Position numbers and translations under genes: made by a program. This document shows positions 39,207-48,577 of a stretch of 64,000 bases of DNA, in pieces. This DNA is from an uncultured Desulfarculus sp. (GTDB lineage: Bacteria; Desulfobacterota; Desulfarculia; Desulfarculales; Desulfarculaceae): assembly GCA_963665125.2 (NCBI GenBank), contig CAXXUK010000001.1, forward strand, positions 1,056,001 to 1,120,000, given 5' to 3'. Below the pieces are notes generated by a model. It saw only the letters and a program-made list of their open reading frames with translations, ran no database searches and had not been told where the DNA came from. The number at the start of each line of letters is the position of its first letter. Position 1 is the first letter of the stretch.

Positions 39207-40274
39207 ATGGACTATAATGATCCGGCCGGGGCGGTTCGCGAAGGCGAAGAACTGGATGCCGCGGCCGTTCATCGATTTCTCCTGGAACGCGTACCAGGGC
39301 TCAAGGGTGATATAGTCATTCAACAATTCCCTGGGGGGCATTCAAACCTTACATATCTGGTCAAGATCGGTGAAAAGGAAATGATCCTGCGCCGGCCGCC
39401 TTTTGGCACCAAACCCAAAAGCGGCCATGACATGCATCGCGAATTCAAGGTGCTCAGCGCACTCAATCCCGTATTCAAATATGCGCCAAAACCTCTGGCC
39501 TATTCCGATGATTCCTCCATAATCGGATGCCCGTTCTACGTCATGGAGCGGGTGTTGGGTTTTGTTCTGCGCCGCGAACCTCCGGACTGGGTGAAGATCA
39601 GCCCCGAACAGGCCAGGCGGCTGGCCTTTAGGCATATCGAGGTGCTTCACGAACTGCACAGCCTGGATTACAAGGCCGTGGGCTTTGGCGATATGGGCAA
39701 TCCCGACGGGTACTGCCGCAGACAGGTCGAGGGGTGGTGTGAACGCTATCGCAGGGCCCGCACGCCTGACGTGCCTGACTGCGAAGACCATATGAAATAT
39801 TTCCTGGAAAACATCCCAACGGAATCCAATCTTATCGGCATCGTGCATAATGACTTCAAATTCGACAACCTGGTCCTCAACCCCAACGACGTCACCGACA
39901 TCCTGGGCGTGTTGGACTGGGAGATGTGCACGGTCGGCGATCAGATGCTCGACATTGGTTGTACCATCGCCTATTGGGTCCAGAAGGACGATCCCTCCGA
40001 GATAGACAAAATGCGCCAAACCAGCACCACGCTGGAGGGCATGCCAACCCGCAGAGAACTTGTGGATTATTACAGGGAACTTTCCGGGTCAAAGCTGGAA
40101 AATTTCAACTACTACTACATCTTCTCAATTTTCCGTTTGTTGGTAATTCTCCAACAGATATATTATCGTTATTATCATGGCCAGACTAAGGATGAGCGAT
40201 TCAAGATATTTGGCCTCGGGGCGCATTTGATCGAAGATCGCATCAGGTGGGCCATGGACAACATCGATTTGTAG
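39207..40274 (+). CDS. APH-family phosphotransferase (ACAD10/11 kinase / LvaA-like)
   Basis: QFPGGHSNLTY, LRRPP, HDM.RE, PFYVMERV, HNDFKFDN and LDWEM.TVGD. Confidence 0.9.
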   Translation: MDYNDPAGAVREGEELDAAAVHRFLLERVPGLKGDIVIQQFPGGHSNLTYLVKIGEKEMILRRPPFGTKPKSGHDMHREFKVLSALNPVFKYAPKPLAYSDDSSIIGCPFYVMERVLGFVLRREPPDWVKISPEQARRLAFRHIEVLHELHSLDYKAVGFGDMGNPDGYCRRQVEGWCERYRRARTPDVPDCEDHMKYFLENIPTESNLIGIVHNDFKFDNLVLNPNDVTDILGVLDWEMCTVGDQMLDIGCTIAYWVQKDDPSEIDKMRQTSTTLEGMPTRRELVDYYRELSGSKLENFNYYYIFSIFRLLVILQQIYYRYYHGQTKDERFKIFGLGAHLIEDRIRWAMDNIDL

Positions 40275-40324
40275 ACTGGCGCCTGAAGGCGCCGGGGACA
40301 CCTCGGGAGAAAAGGGGATAACAA

Positions 40325-41656
40325 ATGAGCAAGCACACCGTAGCGGTGGGGAAATACGAAAAACCGTTTGATTCAGTGCGCCAGGTGGTGGAACTGGCCG
40401 GCGGATTCAAGGATATGCCCAAAGGGGCCAAGGTTGTCATCAAACCCAACATCGTCTTTTGGACTGCCGCCGTGCCATTTCCCAAGTTCGGCGCGTTGAC
40501 CACAAGCCGCATCGTTGAAGACATCTGCGTTCTACTCAAGGACGCCGGCGCTTCGGAAATAACTATTGTCGAGGGCTCGGTCACCCGCAATCCCAAGGAA
40601 ATGGAAGCAAGCGCCAAAGACGCCTTTGAAAAACTAGGCTACAACGAACTGGAACGCCGCTATGGCGTAAAGGCTTATTCCGTATTTTCCCGCCCGTTCG
40701 AAGAGAGGGATCTGGGAGACGGAGTGGTTCTCAAGTTCAACGCCGATATTCTTAATGCCGACTATGTTGTCGATATTCCGGTCATGAAGACCCATGCCCA
40801 GACAGGCATTTCATTGGGCATCAAAAACCTGAAGGGCACCATCGACATTCCCAGCCGCCGGGCCTGCCACAGCCCGGATCCGGTGAAGGATCTGCATTTC
40901 TGGGTAGCCCGGCTTTCGGATGCCATGCCACCGGTATTCAACATGATCGACGGCATCTACACCGCCGAGCGGGGTCCGTCTTTTGACGGTAAGATGCATC
41001 GCAGCAACCTGCTGGTTGCCTCCAGCGATATCTTCAGCGCCGACAAGGTGGGCTGCCTGCTGCTGGGCCACAAGGTCGAGGATATCCCCCACCTGATGCA
41101 TTACGCCAAGAACCACGGCCGCCCTTCGGACTTGAGCGATGTCGAAGCCAGGGGCGAAAGCATCGAAGCAAACGCCAAATGGCACGAGGCTTTCTTCCCC
41201 TATCTTACGGAAGGCAAAAACAGCATGCCCGAAGCCATGGCCAAGGCCGGCATATCGGGACTGAGCTATAAAAAGTACGACACCACCATGTGCACCTATT
41301 GCTCGGGTGTCAACGGCGCGGTGCTGTCTTCGGTGGCAATGGCCTGGAAGGGCAAGCCCTTTGACGATGTGGAAATCCTCACCGGCAAGACCATGAAACC
41401 GACCCCCGGCATGAAGCACACCATCCTTTTGGGTAAATGCATCTACCAGGCCAACAAGGACAACCCTGATATCAACCACTTGATCGCCATCAAAGGTTGC
41501 CCGCCAAAGCCTGAACAGATCATCGACGCGCTCAAGGAAGCCGGCATTGATGTGGACCCCAACATCATAATGAACATGGACCAGATGCCCGGATTTTTCC
41601 TCAAGCGTTACAAAGACAAACCCGAGTTCGATTTCGATCACTTTGAGGTGAAGTAG
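40325..41656 (+). CDS. DUF362 domain protein with C-terminal Cys motif
   Basis: VVIKPN, PVMKTH, LGIKNLKG and IDGI; C-terminal CTYC...GKC...GCPP. Confidence 0.8.
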   Translation: MSKHTVAVGKYEKPFDSVRQVVELAGGFKDMPKGAKVVIKPNIVFWTAAVPFPKFGALTTSRIVEDICVLLKDAGASEITIVEGSVTRNPKEMEASAKDAFEKLGYNELERRYGVKAYSVFSRPFEERDLGDGVVLKFNADILNADYVVDIPVMKTHAQTGISLGIKNLKGTIDIPSRRACHSPDPVKDLHFWVARLSDAMPPVFNMIDGIYTAERGPSFDGKMHRSNLLVASSDIFSADKVGCLLLGHKVEDIPHLMHYAKNHGRPSDLSDVEARGESIEANAKWHEAFFPYLTEGKNSMPEAMAKAGISGLSYKKYDTTMCTYCSGVNGAVLSSVAMAWKGKPFDDVEILTGKTMKPTPGMKHTILLGKCIYQANKDNPDINHLIAIKGCPPKPEQIIDALKEAGIDVDPNIIMNMDQMPGFFLKRYKDKPEFDFDHFEVK

Positions 41657-41664
41657 GCCGGGCC

Positions 41665-42543
41665 ATGGATGAAAAAAAAGTATTGGTCATCGGTTCGGGG
41701 TTCATGGGCTCGGGCATCGCGCAGGTCTGCGCCCAGGCCGGCTGCCAAGTCAGCCTGACCGACGCATCGGCCGAGGCCAGAACCAAGGCCCTGGACATAA
41801 TCGCCGATTCCGTGGCCAAGCTGCATAAAAAAGGCCTGGTGGCTGATGACCCCCAAGAGGTCATGGGACGCATAACTCCATGTGACGACATGTCGCCGGC
41901 CAAGGACGCCGCCCTGGTGATCGAGGTGGTTCCGGAGATGCTCGACCTCAAGCTGGAGATTTTCGCCAAGCTGGACGAATTGGCCGATCCCGAGGCGATT
42001 CTGGCCAGCAATACTTCGTCCATACCCATCACCAGCCTGGCCGAGGCCACCAAACACCCGGAAAGGGTGGTGGGCCTGCACTTTTTCGGACCGGTACCGC
42101 TGATGCCCCTGGTGGAAGTGGTTCGCGGCGAAAAAACCAGCAAGGAAGTGATGGAAAAGGGCGTGGCGTTCTGCAAGTCAGTGGGCAAGACTCCTGTTCG
42201 AGTGCAAAAAGACATTCCCGGTTTTGTCATGAACCGCATCTTTGCCGCGGCCTTCAGCGAGGCCGTTAAGCTGGTGGACGACGGCGTGGTCACCCCCTGG
42301 GAGACCGACATCGGCATGAAGCTTGGTTACGGCTGGGGTGCAGGTCCCTTTGAGATCGCCGACAATGCCGGGCTGGACGTGCACATGCTGGTCAACGAGT
42401 TTTTCAAGTCCGTGGGCGAACAGCGCATCAAGGAACACAGCGACCTGGTGAGGCGCATGGTGGCCGAGGGCAAACTGGGCCGCAAGGTCGGCAAGGGCTT
42501 TTACGACTACGATGAAAAGGGCAAGCGGATCGTGCCAAAATAG
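41665..42543 (+). CDS. hbd: 3-hydroxyacyl(butyryl)-CoA dehydrogenase
   Basis: GSGFMGSGIAQ, ASNTSS, GLHFF, PGFVMNR and GKLGRKVG.GFY.Y. Confidence 0.88.
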   Translation: MDEKKVLVIGSGFMGSGIAQVCAQAGCQVSLTDASAEARTKALDIIADSVAKLHKKGLVADDPQEVMGRITPCDDMSPAKDAALVIEVVPEMLDLKLEIFAKLDELADPEAILASNTSSIPITSLAEATKHPERVVGLHFFGPVPLMPLVEVVRGEKTSKEVMEKGVAFCKSVGKTPVRVQKDIPGFVMNRIFAAAFSEAVKLVDDGVVTPWETDIGMKLGYGWGAGPFEIADNAGLDVHMLVNEFFKSVGEQRIKEHSDLVRRMVAEGKLGRKVGKGFYDYDEKGKRIVPK

Positions 42544-42563
42544 GTGCGAGTCTCAGCAATTAG

Positions 42564-42600
42564 ATGGGCCCCGGCGCGGTTGTTGCCGGGGCCCATTTTA
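42564..42600 (+). terminator. Intrinsic terminator between convergent genes
   Basis: atgggccccggc-N9-gccggggcccat followed by a short T-run. Confidence 0.75.
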
Positions 42601-42602
42601 TA

Positions 42603-43307
42603 TTATTCGTGCAGCGTGTTCCACTGGCGGGCCAATTTGTCGGCCTCGGCAAGCTGGCGGGCGTCCAGAGCCTTGTCCATGATCCCCTTGGCCTTCACGG
42701 CCTTGGGGTAGCCTTGGGCGGCGCTTAGGGTGAACCACATCTGGGCCTGAATCAAGTCGGCGGGCATGCCCAGGCCCTTGGCGTACATGACCCCCATATT
42801 GTATTGGGATTTGGGTTCCTGCTGAAATGCGGCCATGAGAAACCATTTGGCCGCCAATTTGGGGCTCTTGTCTACTCCCTGGCCATTGAGATGGCAAACG
42901 CCGAGGCTGTACTGGGCGTCCTTGTCTCCTTGTTCCGCTGCCTTTTTATACCAATACACAGCCCTTGCCTGGTCTTTGGCCACGCCCACGCCTGACTCAT
43001 ACATGGTGGCCAGATTGTATTGGGCTTCGGCATCGCCCTGTTTGGCGGCCTTTTGGAACCAATGGGCCGCTTCTTCCGCGCTTTTCGGGGCCCCAAGGCC
43101 CTTGAGGTGCATCAGACCCAGATTGTATTGAGCCCGAGCGTCTCCATTTTGGGCGGCCTTTAAAAACAGGCTTGCCGCATGGCGGTACTGGCCCTGCTCA
43201 TAGACCTGCACTGCTTTGTCAAAGGTGGCGTCGGCCCAGGCTGCCGTACAGGGGAGCAAAAGGCATATCAAAACCAGCAGGGCTTTGAATTTTGCAGAGA
43301 CGGCCAT
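42603..43307 (-). CDS. Secreted Sel1-repeat protein
   Basis: Signal peptide and repeated AQYNLG.M...G.G...A..W..KAA.QG. The start codon is uncertain (43307-43349). Confidence 0.88.
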   Translation of the reverse strand: MAVSAKFKALLVLICLLLPCTAAWADATFDKAVQVYEQGQYRHAASLFLKAAQNGDARAQYNLGLMHLKGLGAPKSAEEAAHWFQKAAKQGDAEAQYNLATMYESGVGVAKDQARAVYWYKKAAEQGDKDAQYSLGVCHLNGQGVDKSPKLAAKWFLMAAFQQEPKSQYNMGVMYAKGLGMPADLIQAQMWFTLSAAQGYPKAVKAKGIMDKALDARQLAEADKLARQWNTLHE

Positions 43308-43505
43308 ATTCACGTCCACGTTTGGGGAATGTTGAATCATCCTGCGCAACCATAGCCGATGCCAAGGAAAAAAGCAAAACGGGCGGTTATCTTGTGACTT
43401 GCTACGGATAAAACTGGGTATGAATAGTGACTAATTATTGATGGAGGGTGCATTTTACCGAAAAACCATATTTAATATATTGTACAATGATTCACCAAAT
43501 ACCGT

Positions 43506-44828
43506 ATGACAATCAGGGCGCCGGGGACAATCATGATCGCTGAGCTGAAAGACATCCAAATCCCATTATCGTTTAGAGAGTACGTGGTGTTGCTGGCCAC
43601 CAACAAGGCGACCACCGACATCTACCGGGGCTTGATCAAACCCCTTGGAGTGGCCAAGGTGGTAGGAGTCCACACCGGCCAGCAAGTATTGGGAACGGCA
43701 AAGAAAATTTCCCCGGACATGGTGGTGGCCACCACTGATATTAGCGTTTTTTCCGGCCCTCAAATCCTCAGCGCCGCCCGCCAAGACCCGGATTTGGCGG
43801 ATACGCCGTTCCTCATAATAGGAGCAAAGGAAGACGACAAACCCGGCGGATTGGCGGAAAGTGTTCGCAGATTCGACAAGGCGGCGTTCGTGGGGTTGCC
43901 CGCGGACGGTAAGGAGTTTTATCAGGCAGTGGTTGACCTGATGACGCCGTTCATCAATCCCGGGCACGAAAAGGCCCTGGAACTAATGGACCGGGCGGAC
44001 ATCTCGGTAAAGAAAGACAATCTGAAAAAAGCGGCGGAATTGTATTCCCAGGCCCGCATGCTGGACCCGGAAAACCTGGGGGCGGCGCTCAGCTTGGCCG
44101 CCGTGTATTCAGTCATGGAAAAATATGACGAAGCGGAAGACGCCTATCTGAACGCCTTGGAATTGGATCAATATTCCCTGGTGGCGTATTTCGGGCTGGC
44201 CGAGTTGTATGAGTGCCGGGGCGACTACGAGCACACCATCAGCGTACTTACCCAGGCGCTGGGTTTGGCTCAAATGCTCAAGGCCTCGAAAAAATCCATA
44301 TCCCGGATCAATTTTTTCATCGGTGAATTTGAACTGCGCCTCAAGCGGCTACGTAAGGCCTCGAAATCATTTAATACGGCGATCGACCTTAACCCCGACG
44401 ATGCGGTTCTGAGGTCGGACATCGGCGATTCTTATATGGAAAAGGGCCATTTGCAGGAATGCGAGGAGCACTATCAAGCATCACTGATGATCGATCCGAA
44501 CCAGGCCCATATCTTTAACCGTCTGGGGATCGCCTACCGCAAACAGAGCAAATATGACAAGGCCCTGAAACTCTACGACCAAGCTAGGACATATCACCCC
44601 GATGACGAGCATCTGCTTTTCAACGCCGCCAGGGCCCACATGGAGGCAAATCGTAACCTGGAGGCGGCGGCTTTGCTGGAGCAGGCCATTGAGATGGCGC
44701 CCAAATTCATGGCTGCAAGGCATCTATTAAAAATGGTGGAGGAGGGTCAAACCTGGACCAAGTCGGACGTGGAGCAATTGCGGGAGGCTGATTCAGTAAA
44801 CCTTTGGCGACGTGATTTGCAGGTCTGA
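43506..44828 (+). CDS. Receiver-like (degenerate) domain plus TPR repeat protein
   Basis: The N-terminus has a CheY-like pattern (PDMVV..., DP.LADTPFLII). TPRs follow (FNRLGIAYRKQ.KYD.A, LLFNAARA). Confidence 0.75.
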   Translation: MTIRAPGTIMIAELKDIQIPLSFREYVVLLATNKATTDIYRGLIKPLGVAKVVGVHTGQQVLGTAKKISPDMVVATTDISVFSGPQILSAARQDPDLADTPFLIIGAKEDDKPGGLAESVRRFDKAAFVGLPADGKEFYQAVVDLMTPFINPGHEKALELMDRADISVKKDNLKKAAELYSQARMLDPENLGAALSLAAVYSVMEKYDEAEDAYLNALELDQYSLVAYFGLAELYECRGDYEHTISVLTQALGLAQMLKASKKSISRINFFIGEFELRLKRLRKASKSFNTAIDLNPDDAVLRSDIGDSYMEKGHLQECEEHYQASLMIDPNQAHIFNRLGIAYRKQSKYDKALKLYDQARTYHPDDEHLLFNAARAHMEANRNLEAAALLEQAIEMAPKFMAARHLLKMVEEGQTWTKSDVEQLREADSVNLWRRDLQV

Positions 44829-44866
44829 CGTTGGCCGGATGACGTGTGTGGCCGAGGCGCCTATTA

Positions 44867-46162
44867 TCATTTTTTCTTGAATATTTCCGGATATAGCTGG
44901 TGTTGACACTCCGGGCAGATGCCATGGGTGAATTCCACGTCTGCATGGGATTTGATATATTCCTCAACTTGCAGCCAGTACCCTTTGTCGTCCCTTATTT
45001 TTTTGCAGTTGGCGCAAATAGGCAGCAATCCTCCAAGTGTTTTTACCTCTTGCAGTGCCTTTTTTAGGTCTACAATGACTGCGTCTTTATCTTGTTCCGC
45101 TTTTTTTCGGGCAAGCAATTCTTTGTGCAGGGCATCGGTCTTCGCTTCTATTTCGGCCTGAAGTTCGCTGTGTTTGAGAAGGATGCGCTCAGCCAGTGGG
45201 CGAAGGGCGATCCAATAGGCCAGCAGGCATATCGCATAGAGCGCAATGACCAGGGGCAACAGCTTGATCAACTCATAAAAGATCGGAACAACGAGTTGTT
45301 CCCGGTCCAGCCAGGAAACGACTTTCCAATTGGAGCCTTTCACCGGAGCCGACACGCAAAAATGATTATCCAGATGGGACGCGCCTACTGAATCCATACG
45401 GGAGGCTAATTCTTCATTTGCTAGGCATTTATTAATCAAATCATTGGATATCGGCTTTGACCCCTGCATCGATTTAAAGACAACGTTGTGTTCTTTAACG
45501 GAGATCAGCAGGAAACCCCAGATGTTATGTAAAGAAGCTGTGGACATGCCAGGCTTAAGGGCATAAGCCAATCTTTTTGTTGATAATACGACGATGTCCG
45601 CACCCACCGCCTCGTCCTTTCTATTGATGATCGGCGCGCGGACCCAGAAAAAAACAGTGTCGTCGTATTTGAACAAGTACCCGTTTGTCAGGTCATTATT
45701 TAGTGGGATAGAGACATTTAATGATGCCTGAGGTGGCGGCAGCCCAAGACTGGTTATCACTGTCCCCTTTGCATCCAGGCGCGTGATTCCTTCGACTTCA
45801 CTTGAGGATCTGATGGCATCGCTGAGCTTTGGGCGAGTGAATTCAACAAGTTGCGCCAGGTGTATTTCACCATGGTTGTATTTTTCCAACTCCTGTCTGA
45901 TTCTGCTGCGGCTGGTGATTTGTCGGGCCACATCCTCGGCGCGAACGAGCCATTGCGAAACAGCCTCGGCTTTGCTGATGACACCGGTGGCAAACTCATT
46001 CTCGATGTCTTCGATCATATGTTGGTAGATAATGACGGAAACGCCAAAGACAACGACAATGCCGAAAAGTATCAGCACAACGCTCTGCAACAAGAATAGT
46101 TTTCTACGAAGGATTTTGGTGTATTTCAAATGGATTAACCCTGTTGACTCTTTGTTGCTCAA
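44867..46162 (-). CDS. Two-TM sensor with periplasmic Cache-like region, coiled coil and C-terminal CxxC...CxxC domain
   Basis: Two TMs; the C-terminus is LLPICANCKKIRDDKGYW..VE.YI..H....FTHGICPEC. No kinase or cyclase domain is visible. Confidence 0.75.
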   Translation of the reverse strand: MSNKESTGLIHLKYTKILRRKLFLLQSVVLILFGIVVVFGVSVIIYQHMIEDIENEFATGVISKAEAVSQWLVRAEDVARQITSRSRIRQELEKYNHGEIHLAQLVEFTRPKLSDAIRSSSEVEGITRLDAKGTVITSLGLPPPQASLNVSIPLNNDLTNGYLFKYDDTVFFWVRAPIINRKDEAVGADIVVLSTKRLAYALKPGMSTASLHNIWGFLLISVKEHNVVFKSMQGSKPISNDLINKCLANEELASRMDSVGASHLDNHFCVSAPVKGSNWKVVSWLDREQLVVPIFYELIKLLPLVIALYAICLLAYWIALRPLAERILLKHSELQAEIEAKTDALHKELLARKKAEQDKDAVIVDLKKALQEVKTLGGLLPICANCKKIRDDKGYWLQVEEYIKSHADVEFTHGICPECQHQLYPEIFKKK

Positions 46163-46757
46163 CTTCCTTCAATATATTGTACACAGTATTTATAAACAAA
46201 TAAACAGCCAGCCATAAATACTCGTAAACCCACAAGTCAAAGAAATAAAGTCAAGCTTCTGCGCCTGTATGAAAAAAAGTGCGTGACTACATTTTTTCCT
46301 TTGCGCCAATGCCGGTCACATGGTCCTGAACGGAAAAAAGCGCCCCGTGGTGGTGTCAATCCCGGAAATTTGTGTGTTGTTAAGCTGTTGCGCGGCGAGG
46401 TGATTGCCCAATACTGGTTCGTCCTGGCGCGGCAGCGGCCAAAACCCGGCCCTTATATATAATGGATAGCCCTCCTTTTACGGGTTTAATCTCCGTGACT
46501 TGTTGGCCCTTTGCGGCGCATCCTGAAAAAGACTCGATTTCCCTGCCTGTCTATCCCCGTACGCTCCGTGAAGGACCTTCATCATAGCCCCCATCCCACA
46601 AAGTTGCTATGCGTAAAACATGGTTTAATTTAATAGAGACTTTTTGCTTGTACGTTTTTTAAAATGAATCTTCTTTTTATGTTGATTTTACTGGTGTACG
46701 GGATTAATTTTACGGATAATATTGAAATTTAAATTGACTCTAGCCAAAGGAGAATGC

Positions 46758-48266
46758 ATGCGGACCAAAGCCGAATACATCCAGGGCCTGGCCAAGATGA
46801 AACGCAATATTTATTTCAATGGCCAACTCATCGACCGTACCGATGAACTCCAGCAACGATGCCTGGATACCATCGGCACCACATACGACGAAGCCGCCAA
46901 ACCGGAGAACCAGGATCTACTCACCGCAATCTCGCATCTCACCGGCGAACGCATCAACCGTTTCAACCACATCCACCAGAATGCGGATGACCTGCACAAG
47001 AAACAGGACATGACCCGTTTCCTGTGCCAGAAGGTGGGCGGCTGCATCCAGCGCTGCATGGGCATCGACGCCACCAACGCAGTGTACAACGTGTCCTACG
47101 AAGCCGACAAAGTGAACAAGGGCGCCACCCAATACCACGAAAACTTCAAAAAATGGCTGGCCCGCTTCCAGACCGAGGACCTGGTCGGCTGCTGCGCCCA
47201 GACCGACGTCAAGGGCGACCGCATGAAGCGCCCGGCCGACCAGCCCATCCCCGGCTCGTACGTGCATATCAAGGAATACAAGAGCGACGGCATCGTGGTG
47301 GAAGGCTGCAAGGTGCACATCTCCGAAGCTTCGGTGGCCGACGAGGTGCTGGTGGTGCCCACCCGCGCCATGCGTCCCGAGGATAAAGATTACGCAGTGG
47401 CCTTCGCCGTACCCGCAGACTGGGAAGGCCTGACCCAGGTGGTGACCATCCACAACCTGCGCCCCCGCGAGATCTACAAGCGCGGCTTCATGCAGGGCAG
47501 CACCGACTCCTACATGATCTTCGATAACTGCTTCGTGCCGTGGGAACGCGTGTTCCTGGCCGGCGAACATGTACACGGCGGCGTTTGCGCCCTGTTGTTC
47601 GCCCTGTTCCACCGTCACTCCTACTCTGGCTGCAAGCCCGCAATCGGTGACGTTATCCTGGGCACGGCCGCCCTGGCCGCCGAGGTCAACAACATCCACA
47701 AGGAATCCCACGTCCGCGAGAAGTTGGCGGACATCATTATGACCACCGAGTTGGGCTACGCCGCTGGTTACACGGCCTCCGACCTGGGCCGCCCGGAAGT
47801 GTACGTCCCCGGCGTGGGCTTCCGGCCCTACGGCCCCGGCTCCTACATCCCGCATTCCATCTACTGCAACGTGGGCCGCTGCCTCACCGGCGAGGCCGTG
47901 TGGCACGAGGCCGAGCTGCTTTGCGATCTGGCCGGCGGCGTGGTGGCCACCTTCCCGCATGAAAAAGACTTCGCCAATGACAAGGTCGGCGAACTGCTGC
48001 TGAAATACACCACGCGCAACCCCGACATGCCCGTGGAGGACCAGGCCCAGTTCTGGCGCTACCTGGGCGACGTGCTGTGCTCGGCCAACGGCGGCATCAC
48101 CAACGTGGGCAACTACCATGGCGGCGGCTCGCCGATCATGGAACAGATCGCCATCACCACCCAGTACGACATTCAGGCCCGCAAGGAACTGGTGAAGTAC
48201 CTGGCGGGCATGGGCGGCGGAAATCGCGAAGCCCTGGATTACCTGTTCAAGGATGTAAAAAAGTAA
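46758..48266 (+). CDS. 4-hydroxybutyryl-CoA dehydratase-like (AbfD/HpaB family) FAD/[4Fe-4S] protein
   Basis: GERINRF.H, GGCIQRCMGIDA, QTDVKGDR, FVPWERVF, HRHSYSGCK and HGGGSP; RBS AAGGAG before ATG46758. Confidence 0.82.
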   Translation: MRTKAEYIQGLAKMKRNIYFNGQLIDRTDELQQRCLDTIGTTYDEAAKPENQDLLTAISHLTGERINRFNHIHQNADDLHKKQDMTRFLCQKVGGCIQRCMGIDATNAVYNVSYEADKVNKGATQYHENFKKWLARFQTEDLVGCCAQTDVKGDRMKRPADQPIPGSYVHIKEYKSDGIVVEGCKVHISEASVADEVLVVPTRAMRPEDKDYAVAFAVPADWEGLTQVVTIHNLRPREIYKRGFMQGSTDSYMIFDNCFVPWERVFLAGEHVHGGVCALLFALFHRHSYSGCKPAIGDVILGTAALAAEVNNIHKESHVREKLADIIMTTELGYAAGYTASDLGRPEVYVPGVGFRPYGPGSYIPHSIYCNVGRCLTGEAVWHEAELLCDLAGGVVATFPHEKDFANDKVGELLLKYTTRNPDMPVEDQAQFWRYLGDVLCSANGGITNVGNYHGGGSPIMEQIAITTQYDIQARKELVKYLAGMGGGNREALDYLFKDVKK

Positions 48267-48326
48267 CGACCGCTGAATAAACATGTGGTTCGTCGGCCAA
48301 AGGCCGACCTGCTGCAGAAGCAGTCT

Positions 48327-48370
48327 TTCGCCGCCGGGCCTACTCTTGGATGCCCGGCGGCGAACTTTTT
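48327..48370 (+). terminator. Intrinsic terminator
   Basis: ttcgccgccgggc-N12-gcccggcggcgaa-cttttt. Confidence 0.8.
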
Positions 48371-48577
48371 CGGCCACGGCTCAGGATGCGTGAAGCCAGA
48401 GCAGTTTTGTCTTACGGGGTGCGCGGACGGGTAGGGCGGGGCACAAAGGCTAGCCCGCGCCCTAATATGGTGTGCGCAGTCTTGGTATTCGCGTAATCAG
48501 ACAGTCTTTGATGTCAAACTTTCGCAGCATGGCGGTGCTTGTCCTGAAGGCCTGCGACTCCACTAACGTTCTAAAAC

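Noticed and set aside
44734..44742. tggtggagg matching the tmRNA 3' end, a possible distal att site
   Set aside because: The match is only 9 bp, lies inside a coding region and does not extend.
46381..46480. Hairpin and strong minus-strand AAGGAGG in the 46.2-46.7 kb spacer (riboswitch or leader peptide?)
   Set aside because: There is no canonical start codon after the RBS-like motif and no match to riboswitch consensus sequences I recognise.
46917..48377. 486-aa minus-strand ORF
   Set aside because: It is an antisense shadow of the strongly codon-biased AbfD-like gene.
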